From an uncultured Candidatus Saccharibacteria bacterium (lineage in GTDB: Bacteria > Patescibacteriota > Minisyncoccia > Phycocordibacterales > UBA9973), in contig CAZSFP010000002.1 in assembly GCA_964606285.1 (NCBI GenBank), forward strand, positions 109,890-166,506: a stretch of 56,617 nucleotides of DNA. Reading direction: 5' to 3'. Under the pieces are notes generated by a model, which was not told the origin of the DNA, searched no databases, and saw only the letters and a list, made by a program, of their open reading frames with translations. The position numbers were made by a program, and so were the translations under genes. Position 1 is the first letter of the stretch. Each line of letters opens with the position of its first letter. Shown piece by piece: positions 1 through 7,714 of this stretch.

Positions 1-1324
1 TTACGCTTTGTTTTTCAAGTTTTAATCGTAATTGGTATATAGCGTTGTAATACTTCTTATCATCTAAGTTACTCTCATCAATCTTCTCTCCAATTTCTGA
101 GAAGAACCATTCTTTTGATAGTTCATTAGGGTCCTCAAAGATAACTCTGAGCGTATGATATTCGTCTTTGAACTTGAATATTTTTATTTCTTTTCCTTGA
201 ACATAAAACCTAGATTTATCAGTATCAAAATGCAATTTCTTATCCTTATTTTCATTATTAAAATCAGGAGAAATCTCAACTTTCGCTTGATAAGTAAGCA
301 TCTCATCCTCACGGAAATCCCAATTGCTTCCTAGGGACAAGAAATCAATAAGCCCCGACCTTTCATAAGTGAAAAGAATATGGCAAAAATAGAAGTTTCT
401 TGATGAGTATCTTCGTCTTAGCTCTTCCGCATCAGGATAAGAATGATTGGGAAATCTGTCTTCAAATATATTTTCTATAGTTACCACATTCCCAAAGTCA
501 TCCTGCATTTTTTGCAGATACTCACGAAACATCAAATCGTGTTTCTTGAAAGTATAGACATTTCTTGACTGGCTCACTCTCGTATCGCCAATTCGCTTAT
601 CCTTATCATTCCTTTTCAGTTCATCTTTGATGAAAGCAGTAATGTAATCATTAAAATCTCCCTCTAGTTTCTTTTGCTTTTCATCGCTCATTTCAATAGA
701 AAAGAAAGTCCAGCTTAGTATCTTATGGAACAGGTCTTTTGATAGATAGAGTTCGCTTTCATCATCTCTATACATTGGAGCAATCCTGTTGGCATAAATA
801 AGCAAGCGTTCAATATCAGCCACTGTTGCTGTGTTGGTATAAAACTTATTAAACAAAATGACTTCTTCTCGCTCAGGTTCTTTTTCTCTTAAATCCAAAA
901 TCCATTTATAAGCACCCTCATACCACTTAGGTTGCAAGAATGGTTTTGTCTTATCGTGCTTCATCATTGCATCAACGAGTATCTTCTTATACTCGGCAAA
1001 CTTCATCACATCTGGCTGACCAAAACTGTCAGTCATTGAGACCTCATATTCCTCAGTAATCGCAGAAAAGTTTGTCTGTATGCGTGTGATTTCAAATCCA
1101 TAATGACGGCTTACATACAGCAAAAAAGAAGTGAAATCTATATCATTCCACTCAAACGGCTTGTGATACAAAAAGCTCATCGCTGGGTCAGGGGTTGTAT
1201 ATCGTCCACGCAAGAGTGCGTAATAAACATACAAAGAGTTGTCATCAACAAACTTAAGCCCAGACAAGCTTTCCTCGTTAAAAATGTATTTGTCTGGCAA
1301 TTTCTTGAAATCGAGGTCTAACAT
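1..1324 (-). CDS. hypothetical protein, C-terminus cut by window edge (at least 441 codons)
   Basis: My own reverse-complement translation from ATG 1324-1322 (MLDLDFKKLPDKYIFNEE...) stays open down to position 2. It is absent from the ORF track because there is no in-frame stop in the window; the TTA at 1-3 is out of frame. No family recognised. Confidence 0.6.
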   Translation of the reverse strand, partial: MLDLDFKKLPDKYIFNEESLSGLKFVDDNSLYVYYALLRGRYTTPDPAMSFLYHKPFEWNDIDFTSFLLYVSRHYGFEITRIQTNFSAITEEYEVSMTDSFGQPDVMKFAEYKKILVDAMMKHDKTKPFLQPKWYEGAYKWILDLREKEPEREEVILFNKFYTNTATVADIERLLIYANRIAPMYRDDESELYLSKDLFHKILSWTFFSIEMSDEKQKKLEGDFNDYITAFIKDELKRNDKDKRIGDTRVSQSRNVYTFKKHDLMFREYLQKMQDDFGNVVTIENIFEDRFPNHSYPDAEELRRRYSSRNFYFCHILFTYERSGLIDFLSLGSNWDFREDEMLTYQAKVEISPDFNNENKDKKLHFDTDKSRFYVQGKEIKIFKFKDEYHTLRVIFEDPNELSKEWFFSEIGEKIDESNLDDKKYYNAIYQLRLKLEKQSV

Positions 1325-1331
1325 AGTATAT

Positions 1332-1337
1332 ATAATA
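1332..1337 (-). promoter_or_regulatory. -10 box TATTAT, 7 nt upstream of ATG 1324 (leaderless-type)
   Basis: Minus strand reads TATTAT-atatact-ATG. No purine-rich SD between box and start. Confidence 0.4.
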
Positions 1338-1362
1338 CTTTACTTTGCTTTACATTTCCATA

Positions 1363-1368
1363 TATAAT
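1363..1368 (+). promoter_or_regulatory. -10 box TATAAT, 7 nt upstream of ATG 1376 (leaderless-type)
   Basis: TATAAT-taactgt-ATG. Shares the 51-nt divergent spacer with the 1332 box. Confidence 0.45.
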
Positions 1369-1375
1369 TAACTGT

Positions 1376-2179
1376 ATGTTAATTTCCTCATTAAGGATAA
1401 AAAGTGAACGCTTAGATTTTGAAACACACTTAAAATATGTGTCCCTTATTGAGGAACTTTCTCGGGGTCTCAAGATTACCTCAACTCTTACCCCAAAACT
1501 TAAAAGCTCTGATGTAGATAAGCTCAAGGATAAAATCCAGTTGGTTAAATTAACCAAAGCTTCTATAGACCAAGAGTACAAAATAGTAACTTTCGATAAG
1601 GATTATTCTTCTGCATCAGTGTTGTGGTTACCTATCAAAACTTACTATTTGCTGTACCACTTACTTTGCATAACGGACTGCCTAATTACAGGCAAGATGA
1701 CTTCATTAACTGCTGGACATCACGACTGCGTTAACACTTTTAACGCAATGCTGAAGAAATCTGAACTACAGTTCAGCAAGGCACTTTTGAATAGCGTCTT
1801 TGACCAAAGTATTTTGAACTTTGTTAGTAAATCAGGCGAGCACCTACGAAACGATGCTCAAGACGACAGAGTGTACAGCTTGATTATGAAAAAAGTAGCC
1901 AACGGTAAAATTGATAACTACAAAATCGTTCAGGGCTTGTCGGGTAGACGACCAAAGGATAAAGCAAGGATTGTAAACTTTACAAAGAATATGGAAGTTA
2001 CTATTTTCGATTTCTTCCATTTGATGCGTCTAAGAATGAACTACCGAAATCTCAACTTTGTAGATAATGTCTCATCCTCAGATACCAAGGTATATTTTGA
2101 AAAGTACTATGCTTCAGCAGACAATTTCTATAAATGTTTCTCTGGGTATATAAACGACCTGATAAAACTATGTCCTTAA
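1376..2179 (+). CDS. hypothetical protein (267 aa), upstream partner of the HEPN-like gene
   Basis: ORF track. Its stop (2177-2179) overlaps the next ATG (2170). Composition looks helical; no motif I can name with confidence. Confidence 0.6.
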   Translation: MLISSLRIKSERLDFETHLKYVSLIEELSRGLKITSTLTPKLKSSDVDKLKDKIQLVKLTKASIDQEYKIVTFDKDYSSASVLWLPIKTYYLLYHLLCITDCLITGKMTSLTAGHHDCVNTFNAMLKKSELQFSKALLNSVFDQSILNFVSKSGEHLRNDAQDDRVYSLIMKKVANGKIDNYKIVQGLSGRRPKDKARIVNFTKNMEVTIFDFFHLMRLRMNYRNLNFVDNVSSSDTKVYFEKYYASADNFYKCFSGYINDLIKLCP

Positions 2180-2817
2180 CAAAAGAGGAGCAAAATAGCT
2201 CAATAATCCTACGCCAAATCACTGACCATATTTATCAGTGCCTAAATAGAATTGAAGACAACATAGAACATATAGTTTTCATAAGGAGAAACACCAACAT
2301 AAGGAATATCTCTGACAGATTTTATATAGAGCAAATTGACCGATTTTCACGAGATACTCTTATAACTTTCAATCATATTCTCAATAAAGACCGAAAAGAA
2401 AGCACCTTGCACTCGCTTATATTGAAAATTAAAGACAATCCAAAAAGGAAAAAGTTTGAACTTCGGCTTGAAAAGTTAAGAAAAGATGCGGAATTGATAA
2501 TTGTCCATAGAAACAAAGTCATTGCTCATCACGAAACTGATTACAATTCAAAGCTAGGAGATTGGTATCCAGTACAGCCATTCAATTATGCCTATATATT
2601 AAATCCGTGTATCTGTAAGAGGGTTCACGAAAAGACAGCCAAATTGTTTTGGGACTTAAAATACGCTTTAGGTATTGATGGAATGGGTATATTTCATTTT
2701 GCTGGCGGTAAGACAGAAAAGCTCTTTAAGCCGAAAGCTCTGGGTGCGAGAAAAATTGAAAGCAATGGTTTAATCCTTTCTCATAAATGTCGCTACAAGG
2801 ATTGTTTGCTCAAATAA
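2170..2817 (+). CDS. putative HEPN-domain protein (AbiU2-like R-x5-H motif)
   Basis: ORF track gives 2134..2817. I prefer ATG 2170 (MSLTKEEQ...), which overlaps the upstream stop by 10 nt. It contains ...LIIVHRNKVIAHHETD..., i.e. R-N-K-V-I-A-H, matching the Rx4-6H HEPN signature and the R-[ND]-K-x-x-A-H flavour of AbiU2-type proteins. Confidence 0.5.
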   Translation: MSLTKEEQNSSIILRQITDHIYQCLNRIEDNIEHIVFIRRNTNIRNISDRFYIEQIDRFSRDTLITFNHILNKDRKESTLHSLILKIKDNPKRKKFELRLEKLRKDAELIIVHRNKVIAHHETDYNSKLGDWYPVQPFNYAYILNPCICKRVHEKTAKLFWDLKYALGIDGMGIFHFAGGKTEKLFKPKALGARKIESNGLILSHKCRYKDCLLK

Positions 2818-2941
2818 AGCAACTCGCTAGTTCTGAAGTGAGAGGGTTGGGAAAAGTCCCAAGATACCGCTAAAATGCAAATCGCTTTTAATCCTAGTCC
2901 AATTCGCAGTTCTGAATGCGTCCACAGTACGGAGCAAAATC

Positions 2942-2973
2942 AAAAAGTCCCACCTAAAATGGTGGGACTTTTT
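2942..2973. terminator. bidirectional intrinsic terminator-like hairpin (module U1)
   Basis: AAAAA-GTCCCACC-taaaat-GGTGGGAC-TTTTT. The stem is 8 bp perfect (2947-2954 / 2961-2968). Confidence 0.7.
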
Positions 2974-3160
2974 GATTTCTATTTCTATGGCTTGGGCGAG
3001 AACCGCAGGTCCCAATGTATAAAGAGCGGAGCGATTATATACATTGTGGATCTCGACCACCGGGAGAGGCGAGCCCTAGCTATTGAGCTGGTGCCCAGAC
3101 AAAACTTTTTGATGAAAAAGTTTTAGTCGAGTGAGAGACCCCTAGCCGAGGAGCAAAATG

Positions 3161-3192
3161 AAAAAACTTCACCTGAATTGGTGAGGTTTTTT
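3161..3192. terminator. bidirectional intrinsic terminator-like hairpin (module U2)
   Basis: AAAAAA-ACTTCACC-tgaatt-GGTGAGGT-TTTTTT (3166-3173 / 3180-3187, one G-T pair). It lies just 3' of the minus-strand gene ending at 3205. Confidence 0.7.
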
Positions 3193-3204
3193 CATTTTTA
3201 TTTT

Positions 3205-3429
3205 CTACCGATGTATACACCCCGCCCAGCAGCAGGGACGGCGCATACCGCCCCTCATCTTTGAGATCGCTTTCTTGATTCGGATATTTCTCGTTTCTGC
3301 TTTTTTGCCGGATGTGACCCAGCAGATCCACTCGTTCCGGGCGAGCGGGGTGATGTCATCCCATAGTGTTTTCACTGCTGGTACAGAAGTAATAGCTTTG
3401 CGTAAATCTGCCGGTAAGGTGTGTGGCAT
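3205..3429 (-). CDS. YdeI/OmpD-associated (OmdA) family protein
   Basis: 74 aa. ...LARNEWICWVTSGKKAETRNIRIKKAISKMRGGMRRPCCWAGC... matches the conserved C-terminal pattern of the YdeI/OmdA family. Confidence 0.75.
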   Translation of the reverse strand: MPHTLPADLRKAITSVPAVKTLWDDITPLARNEWICWVTSGKKAETRNIRIKKAISKMRGGMRRPCCWAGCIHR

Positions 3430-3435
3430 AGAATT

Positions 3436-3444
3436 ATTTTATCA
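3436..3444 (-). promoter_or_regulatory. extended -10 TGaTAAAAT, 6 nt upstream of ATG 3429
   Basis: Minus strand reads TGATAAAAT-aattct-ATG. Confidence 0.45.
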
Positions 3445-3486
3445 GATTTTTGGGAAAACAGAGGATGTGGTGCAAAAGTACTTTTT

Positions 3487-3495
3487 TGATATAAT
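3487..3495 (+). promoter_or_regulatory. extended -10 TGaTATAAT, 6 nt upstream of ATG 3502
   Basis: TGATATAAT-caatgc-ATG. Confidence 0.5.
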
Positions 3496-3501
3496 CAATG
3501 C

Positions 3502-3699
3502 ATGCAAAAAATAGCCACACGAGCGTTCATTTGTGCGTCAATCGCTTTCGGAATCGTTGGACTTTTACTTGTCATTTTTGGTGGACCAGATGACAATACA
3601 CAGCCAAATATAACGCTTATGAAGCTTATGATGACCTGTGTTTTTATTATCCTGCCTTCATTTGCTCTCAGTATTGCGGGTAAATATCTGGAAAAATAA
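3502..3699 (+). CDS. small membrane protein (65 aa, two hydrophobic segments)
   Basis: ORF track. Promoter-like box directly upstream and a terminator at 3724-3757. Confidence 0.5.
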   Translation: MQKIATRAFICASIAFGIVGLLLVIFGGPDDNTQPNITLMKLMMTCVFIILPSFALSIAGKYLEK

Positions 3700-3723
3700 A
3701 TCTTGGTTTCGATCAGTATAAAA

Positions 3724-3757
3724 TAAAAAAACACTGAAATAGTTTCAGTGTTTTTTT
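3724..3757. terminator. bidirectional intrinsic terminator
   Basis: A-run, ACACTGAAA-tag-TTTCAGTGT (9 bp perfect), T-run. It sits between convergent genes. Confidence 0.8.
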
Positions 3758-3766
3758 ATTTAAGAT

Positions 3767-4144
3767 TTAAGAACCTTTTTTCTCACGGGGAAATCTTTTT
3801 CTTTTGAGATGTGTCAGGATTTCTTCATCAGTAAACAGAGAAAATTCTTTTGGTTCCTCTTCGTGTGTCATGTTTTCATTTCCCATTTGAGCTTGATAAT
3901 AATACGCAGTTGTGGGACTTTTGAAATTAAACGCTCGTGTTCCATAAAAATTAGTTAGATCTACTCCTTCAGCCAAAACAGTACATCTTATCCATCCATT
4001 TGAATTCTTGTTTAAATCATCTAGATCCGGAAAAGCTTGGTATATAAGCTTGATAATTCGGAGCATAAACTGACATTGCTCATCAGTTAGATTACTTTTA
4101 TTTTTATGAAATTCTATAAGTTCTTCTCCTGTTTGAATTGGCAT
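3767..4144 (-). CDS. hypothetical protein (125 aa)
   Basis: ORF track. Flanked by a terminator and a divergent promoter region. Confidence 0.6.
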   Translation of the reverse strand: MPIQTGEELIEFHKNKSNLTDEQCQFMLRIIKLIYQAFPDLDDLNKNSNGWIRCTVLAEGVDLTNFYGTRAFNFKSPTTAYYYQAQMGNENMTHEEEPKEFSLFTDEEILTHLKRKRFPREKKGS

Positions 4145-4231
4145 GACGTATCTTTTAAGTTTTCTGACATAGTACTTTTTTCTTGTTCCTGTGTCAATGA
4201 AAATAAATTATCGAACTGTAATTTCTAATCA

Positions 4232-4240
4232 TGCTATAAT
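4232..4240 (+). promoter_or_regulatory. extended -10 TGcTATAAT, 6 nt upstream of ATG 4247
   Basis: TGCTATAAT-tcctct-ATG. Confidence 0.5.
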
Positions 4241-4246
4241 TCCTCT

Positions 4247-4576
4247 ATGGAAAAAATGACATCACAAGAAAACCCAGAACAGAAACTCATCAATCTTTTG
4301 AAAGAAAAAGGATTGGAGGATCCTACCACCAAAGAGCTTTTGAAAGCGTGGACTGTCAAACAAGAAAAATGGGCAGAAAACCAAGAAGATTTCAAAGGTG
4401 CGCAAATCGAAGTCAATCTAAAGCGTGGGAGATTTTATTTTGCTGCTGGTATGATGAATGAATCATATGAGAGTTTCGAAGATGCGAGGATGCAAGCATG
4501 GAATGAGAGCAGGGAAGACCTGTATAAAAAAATTATGACCGAGATGGATACATTAGAGAATAGTTTGAATACATAA
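4247..4576 (+). CDS. hypothetical acidic helical protein (109 aa)
   Basis: ORF track. Consensus -10 box placed for a leaderless start. Confidence 0.6.
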   Translation: MEKMTSQENPEQKLINLLKEKGLEDPTTKELLKAWTVKQEKWAENQEDFKGAQIEVNLKRGRFYFAAGMMNESYESFEDARMQAWNESREDLYKKIMTEMDTLENSLNT

Positions 4577-4744
4577 ATATAAGAGAATTTTAAATTAATT
4601 AGCAAAGATTGTTCTTGTTAGTATCAAAAATCTCATATAATGGTCAAGAAGAAGTATAAGCAAAAATGCTTTTTTTTGGGAAATAGACGCTTTAGGATAT
4701 AATAAGTTTATATCATTTAGTAATAAGAAGAATAATCAATTATT

Positions 4745-4879
4745 ATGGCAAAAAGAATCACAGCTCTTGGACCGAAAAAGAAATCAAAACGTTCTCATAA
4801 AACAAAGAAGCGACTTGCGGCAAAGCACGAAATGCTTGCAAAGAAGAATGGAAAGAAAAAATCCAAGTCAGTAAAATAA
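4745..4879 (+). CDS. very basic 44-aa protein (MAKRITALGPKKKSKRSHKTKKRLAAKHEMLAKKNGKKKSKSVK)
   Basis: Read by eye; below the 60-aa cutoff of the ORF track. TATAAT-like boxes lie upstream and a hairpin plus T8 lies immediately downstream (4892-4918). Confidence 0.4.
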   Translation: MAKRITALGPKKKSKRSHKTKKRLAAKHEMLAKKNGKKKSKSVK

Positions 4880-4891
4880 TCAATCAAAAAA

Positions 4892-4918
4892 ATCCACTCA
4901 AACGAGCGGATTTTTTTT
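4892..4918 (+). terminator. intrinsic terminator after the 44-aa ORF
   Basis: ATCCACTC-aaac-GAGCGGAT (one mismatch) followed by TTTTTTTT. Confidence 0.6.
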
Positions 4919-4971
4919 AGTTTCAGGCTGACAGCAAGATAGTGTTATTAGTAAGGACGGCCCTTACTAAT

Positions 4972-4999
4972 AAAAAATACACCAGAAATGGTGTATTTT
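4972..4999. terminator. bidirectional intrinsic terminator
   Basis: AAAAAATACACC-agaaat-GGTGTATTTT. It lies 3' of the minus-strand gene ending at 5005. Confidence 0.7.
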
Positions 5000-5004
5000 G
5001 TTTT

Positions 5005-5430
5005 TTATCCAACAACAATAGAATCACGGGTGATAAAGAGGGAAACTTTGTTTAGAGTTTTTGTTCCTTCATTGTCTACTGAGGATACTTGATATGTTTT
5101 ACCTTTTTCCAATGTGTGTTTTCCTTCAGTGTCAAACCAAAATGTATTTTTAAAAGTACGTGTTATTATTCCTTCCTGATAATTTTCAATTGTTTGTGCC
5201 ATTACAAATTCTTTGTCACTGTCGAGAATAAAGATTGTTGTTCCTGTCGCTATATCTTTTAATTGCAGTGTTTCTGACGGCATTATAATAACCGGTTGTT
5301 TCTTGTGTGTCGTGATGCGATGGAATATTTGATCAATCCCATATATAACAAAAATGGTACTGAAAAATAATCCTATGACCAATCCGATTGTTTCGTTTGG
5401 AATTTTACTGAGAATAACAAGGTACTGCAT
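5005..5430 (-). CDS. membrane-anchored hypothetical protein (141 aa)
   Basis: ORF track. N-terminal hydrophobic helix followed by a beta-rich tail. Confidence 0.6.
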   Translation of the reverse strand: MQYLVILSKIPNETIGLVIGLFFSTIFVIYGIDQIFHRITTHKKQPVIIMPSETLQLKDIATGTTIFILDSDKEFVMAQTIENYQEGIITRTFKNTFWFDTEGKHTLEKGKTYQVSSVDNEGTKTLNKVSLFITRDSIVVG

Positions 5431-5555
5431 GATGGAGATTTTTAAGTTTTATTCAAATTATCATGAAATAGTATATTGGTCAATGTTTAATGCAAACCAT
5501 TTTGTTGGATTGAGGACCTTTTAAAGAAAGGAAAAATTTGTATAAATAATGAAAA

Positions 5556-5586
5556 TAAAAAAATCCCGTGATTACGGGATTTTTTG
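5556..5586 (-). terminator. intrinsic terminator
   Basis: A-run, ATCCCGT-gatt-ACGGGAT, T-run. It lies 3' of 5591..6004. Confidence 0.75.
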
Positions 5587-5590
5587 TTTT

Positions 5591-6004
5591 TTATGATTTA
5601 AGAAAAATGAGGCGTAATTGTTCATTTTCTACATCATTAATCGCTTCCATTAATTCTTTGTATTCTTCGGCACTTTTTCTTTCATTATCATCTTTCCATT
5701 CTTCATCTTGGAAATCTTTGTATTGCTCCAAGTATTTATTACGATCGAGATAGTTTTTTAAATATTCCAATTTTCTTTTTGCTAACACAGATGGGGAATA
5801 GAATAATTTCTCTCCAAAAATAATGGCTGCACCGAGAAATCCGAGCGAAGGGTAAAATAAATCAATACTCATCTTTCTGCGACAGAATTCATTTATTGCC
5901 AAAATGATGAGGATAAAAATAATCCAAAAGATGGTGGAATACCACATTTGTTTTTTCAGAGCGTATAGTTTTGCATCAGTAGAAAAATTACCTGTAAGTT
6001 TCAT
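5591..6004 (-). CDS. membrane protein (137 aa, two TM segments, charged C-terminus)
   Basis: ORF track. Confidence 0.6.
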   Translation of the reverse strand: MKLTGNFSTDAKLYALKKQMWYSTIFWIIFILIILAINEFCRRKMSIDLFYPSLGFLGAAIIFGEKLFYSPSVLAKRKLEYLKNYLDRNKYLEQYKDFQDEEWKDDNERKSAEEYKELMEAINDVENEQLRLIFLKS

Positions 6005-6071
6005 TTTTTAAATTTAATGTTTTCGATATTATACATTTTAAAATATAAATGTCAAATATATTATTTACAAT

Positions 6072-6101
6072 AAAAAATCCCTCGCAATTGCGGGGGATTT
6101 T
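6072..6101 (-). terminator. intrinsic terminator
   Basis: AAAAAATCCCTCGC-aatt-GCGGGGGATTTT. It lies 3' of 6138..6998. Confidence 0.75.
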
Positions 6102-6137
6102 GTTTCATTTGGACAAATATTAAAAATTAGGCAGTTA

Positions 6138-6998
6138 TTAGGCCACGACCGTTGAAACTGCCGGTGAACTGAATTCACCGATACGTTTCAATGTTGCAGT
6201 GATAACTCCATTGAGTGTTTGTGAACGCTCGTTTTTTGGGATTGAACTTTCACCGCTGATGTATAGTACATGTCCGGTTTTGTTCCATTCCTGAGAACTT
6301 TTATTCTGCGCCTCAATGTCATTGTATGCCGCCTGTACTTCGGTAGTAAAGCGCTCAGATACTTCAGCGTTTCCAAAGAAACAGGTCATACCTGTCAATT
6401 CTGGAATTTCAAAAGTAATGATTACTTTTTTCCCGGCATATTTTGCAAGTAACAATGTTTCAATTGCCAGCACTTGGTGCATGGTCATTGGAACCGTTCC
6501 TGTAACCGACAGCATCACAACGTTATTTTTTAATTCCGTCACTGTAACAGTGTTTACATAATTAAGAACAGCTTCATTTTTTAGTGCCTCAGCATGTTCG
6601 GCCATGGTAAATTTTACGAAGTTAACAAATGTGCGCAATAAGCTTGTGCCGGTATATCCCTGCTTTTTAAAATCATTATATGTAGTTTCTAAGCTAATAC
6701 GTGATTTTCCGCTGATTAAACGAACAAGTAAACTTACGTGTGGGTTTGTGATCCACTGCGTAAGGTATGCCACAAGGCTTACCTGATCAGTAACACTCTT
6801 TCCGTTTGCCGGCAGATTGTCTTTGATTGTTTGGCCGGCACTGGTATATTCGCTGTCGCCTGTATCGGGACCATTTGTTACCTGAATTACTTCCATAAAG
6901 GCAGTCCATTTGTTGACCATCAATGCAGCCAACGTAGCAAGGATTGTGTAAAAATTAAAGGTTTTGAATACCACTGTGTTTTTTAATGAGTTTGTCAT
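6138..6998 (-). CDS. hypothetical protein (286 aa; T/V/N-rich)
   Basis: ORF track. The longest frame suppresses several short shadow ORFs on both strands. No family recognised. Confidence 0.65.
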   Translation of the reverse strand: MTNSLKNTVVFKTFNFYTILATLAALMVNKWTAFMEVIQVTNGPDTGDSEYTSAGQTIKDNLPANGKSVTDQVSLVAYLTQWITNPHVSLLVRLISGKSRISLETTYNDFKKQGYTGTSLLRTFVNFVKFTMAEHAEALKNEAVLNYVNTVTVTELKNNVVMLSVTGTVPMTMHQVLAIETLLLAKYAGKKVIITFEIPELTGMTCFFGNAEVSERFTTEVQAAYNDIEAQNKSSQEWNKTGHVLYISGESSIPKNERSQTLNGVITATLKRIGEFSSPAVSTVVA

Positions 6999-7259
6999 AA
7001 TGTGTGTTTTTTTAGATTTGTTAATTTTTTGAATTAATTAGTGATTTACGTCCAAATGAAAATCGCGAAAAATACTATACGATATATACTATCGTTCGCG
7101 ACTTCCACTTGTTTGCAAATTCAAATCTTTAAAAACTATTTAAAAGAACAACAGCTGAAGATCTTATCAGATGGGTGTGATATTGTCAATAGTTGGGGTA
7201 TGATTGCCTTGGCTACGTCATACAAAAAATCCCATTCTCAATAGAAGGGATTTTATTAT

Positions 7260-7637
7260 TTATATGTTCAATGGTAGGAAATTGTACCGTTGCACCCCAA
7301 CGATTTCTCCCGTGTCTTCGTCTGTGAAATCCTCAACCCATGGCCGTAATTTGAATCCGGCATTTTCAAGTATTTCTGCGTAGGAATCAACTGTAAAATC
7401 TTTGTCTTTCTTTATTTTCTTGTAAGGAGGTTGGAGTATCGGTAAATCCTCATTTTCTCGTGTCATTTTTTTTACATATTTGAAAAGTTGGATAGTAAAG
7501 GGAAGTCCATATTTTTTTCGTAGTTCAGTGAGATCGAGGCCATATACTTTTGCCTGATCAAGAAATAGTTGATTAACCGCGTTTACTTTGTGCATGTTTC
7601 TTTGTATAAAGTTTTTTCTCATACTATATGAAAACAA
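7260..7637 (-). CDS. hypothetical protein (up to 125 aa; start uncertain)
   Basis: The ORF track start at 7637 is TTG. In-frame ATGs at 7622 (MRKNF...) and 7595 (MHKVN...) are alternatives. Confidence 0.5.
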   Translation of the reverse strand: MFSYSMRKNFIQRNMHKVNAVNQLFLDQAKVYGLDLTELRKKYGLPFTIQLFKYVKKMTRENEDLPILQPPYKKIKKDKDFTVDSYAEILENAGFKLRPWVEDFTDEDTGEIVGVQRYNFLPLNI

Positions 7638-7642
7638 ATCAC

Positions 7643-7662
7643 TGTCAATATAAATATTGACA
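7643..7662. promoter_or_regulatory. 20-bp palindrome TGTCAATAT-aa-ATATTGACA carrying back-to-back TTGACA -35 boxes
   Basis: Perfect 9-bp arms. TTGACA at 7657-7662 (+) is followed after 16 nt by TAATAT (7679-7684). The mirror TTGACA (minus strand, 7648-7643) faces gene 7260..7637. Confidence 0.5.
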
Positions 7663-7714
7663 CATTGTATTTTTATAGTAATATAATGAAAAATCGAACA
7701 TTTATATAATAATC

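Noticed and set aside
1-3. TTA at the window start looked like the stop codon of the first minus-strand gene
   Set aside because: Counting from ATG 1324 the frame is offset by one (1324 nt is 441 codons plus 1 nt), so the ORF runs off the window and the gene is partial.
1103-1581. Track ORFs 1103..1321 (+) and 1318..1581 (-) at the divergent junction
   Set aside because: The first is antisense to the long open frame 1..1324. The second is antisense to 1376..2179 and would span the promoter spacer. Both are shorter than the frames they overlap and less coherent.
3040-3100. tRNA-like fragments (GTGG-atctcga-CCAC arm; AGCTCAATAGCT on the minus strand) that could have marked an integration site
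   Set aside because: I could not fold a complete cloverleaf. The T-loop lacks the TTC consensus, the D-arm does not pair, and only ~55 nt are available. I treat it as part of the structured gap, not as a tRNA or att site.
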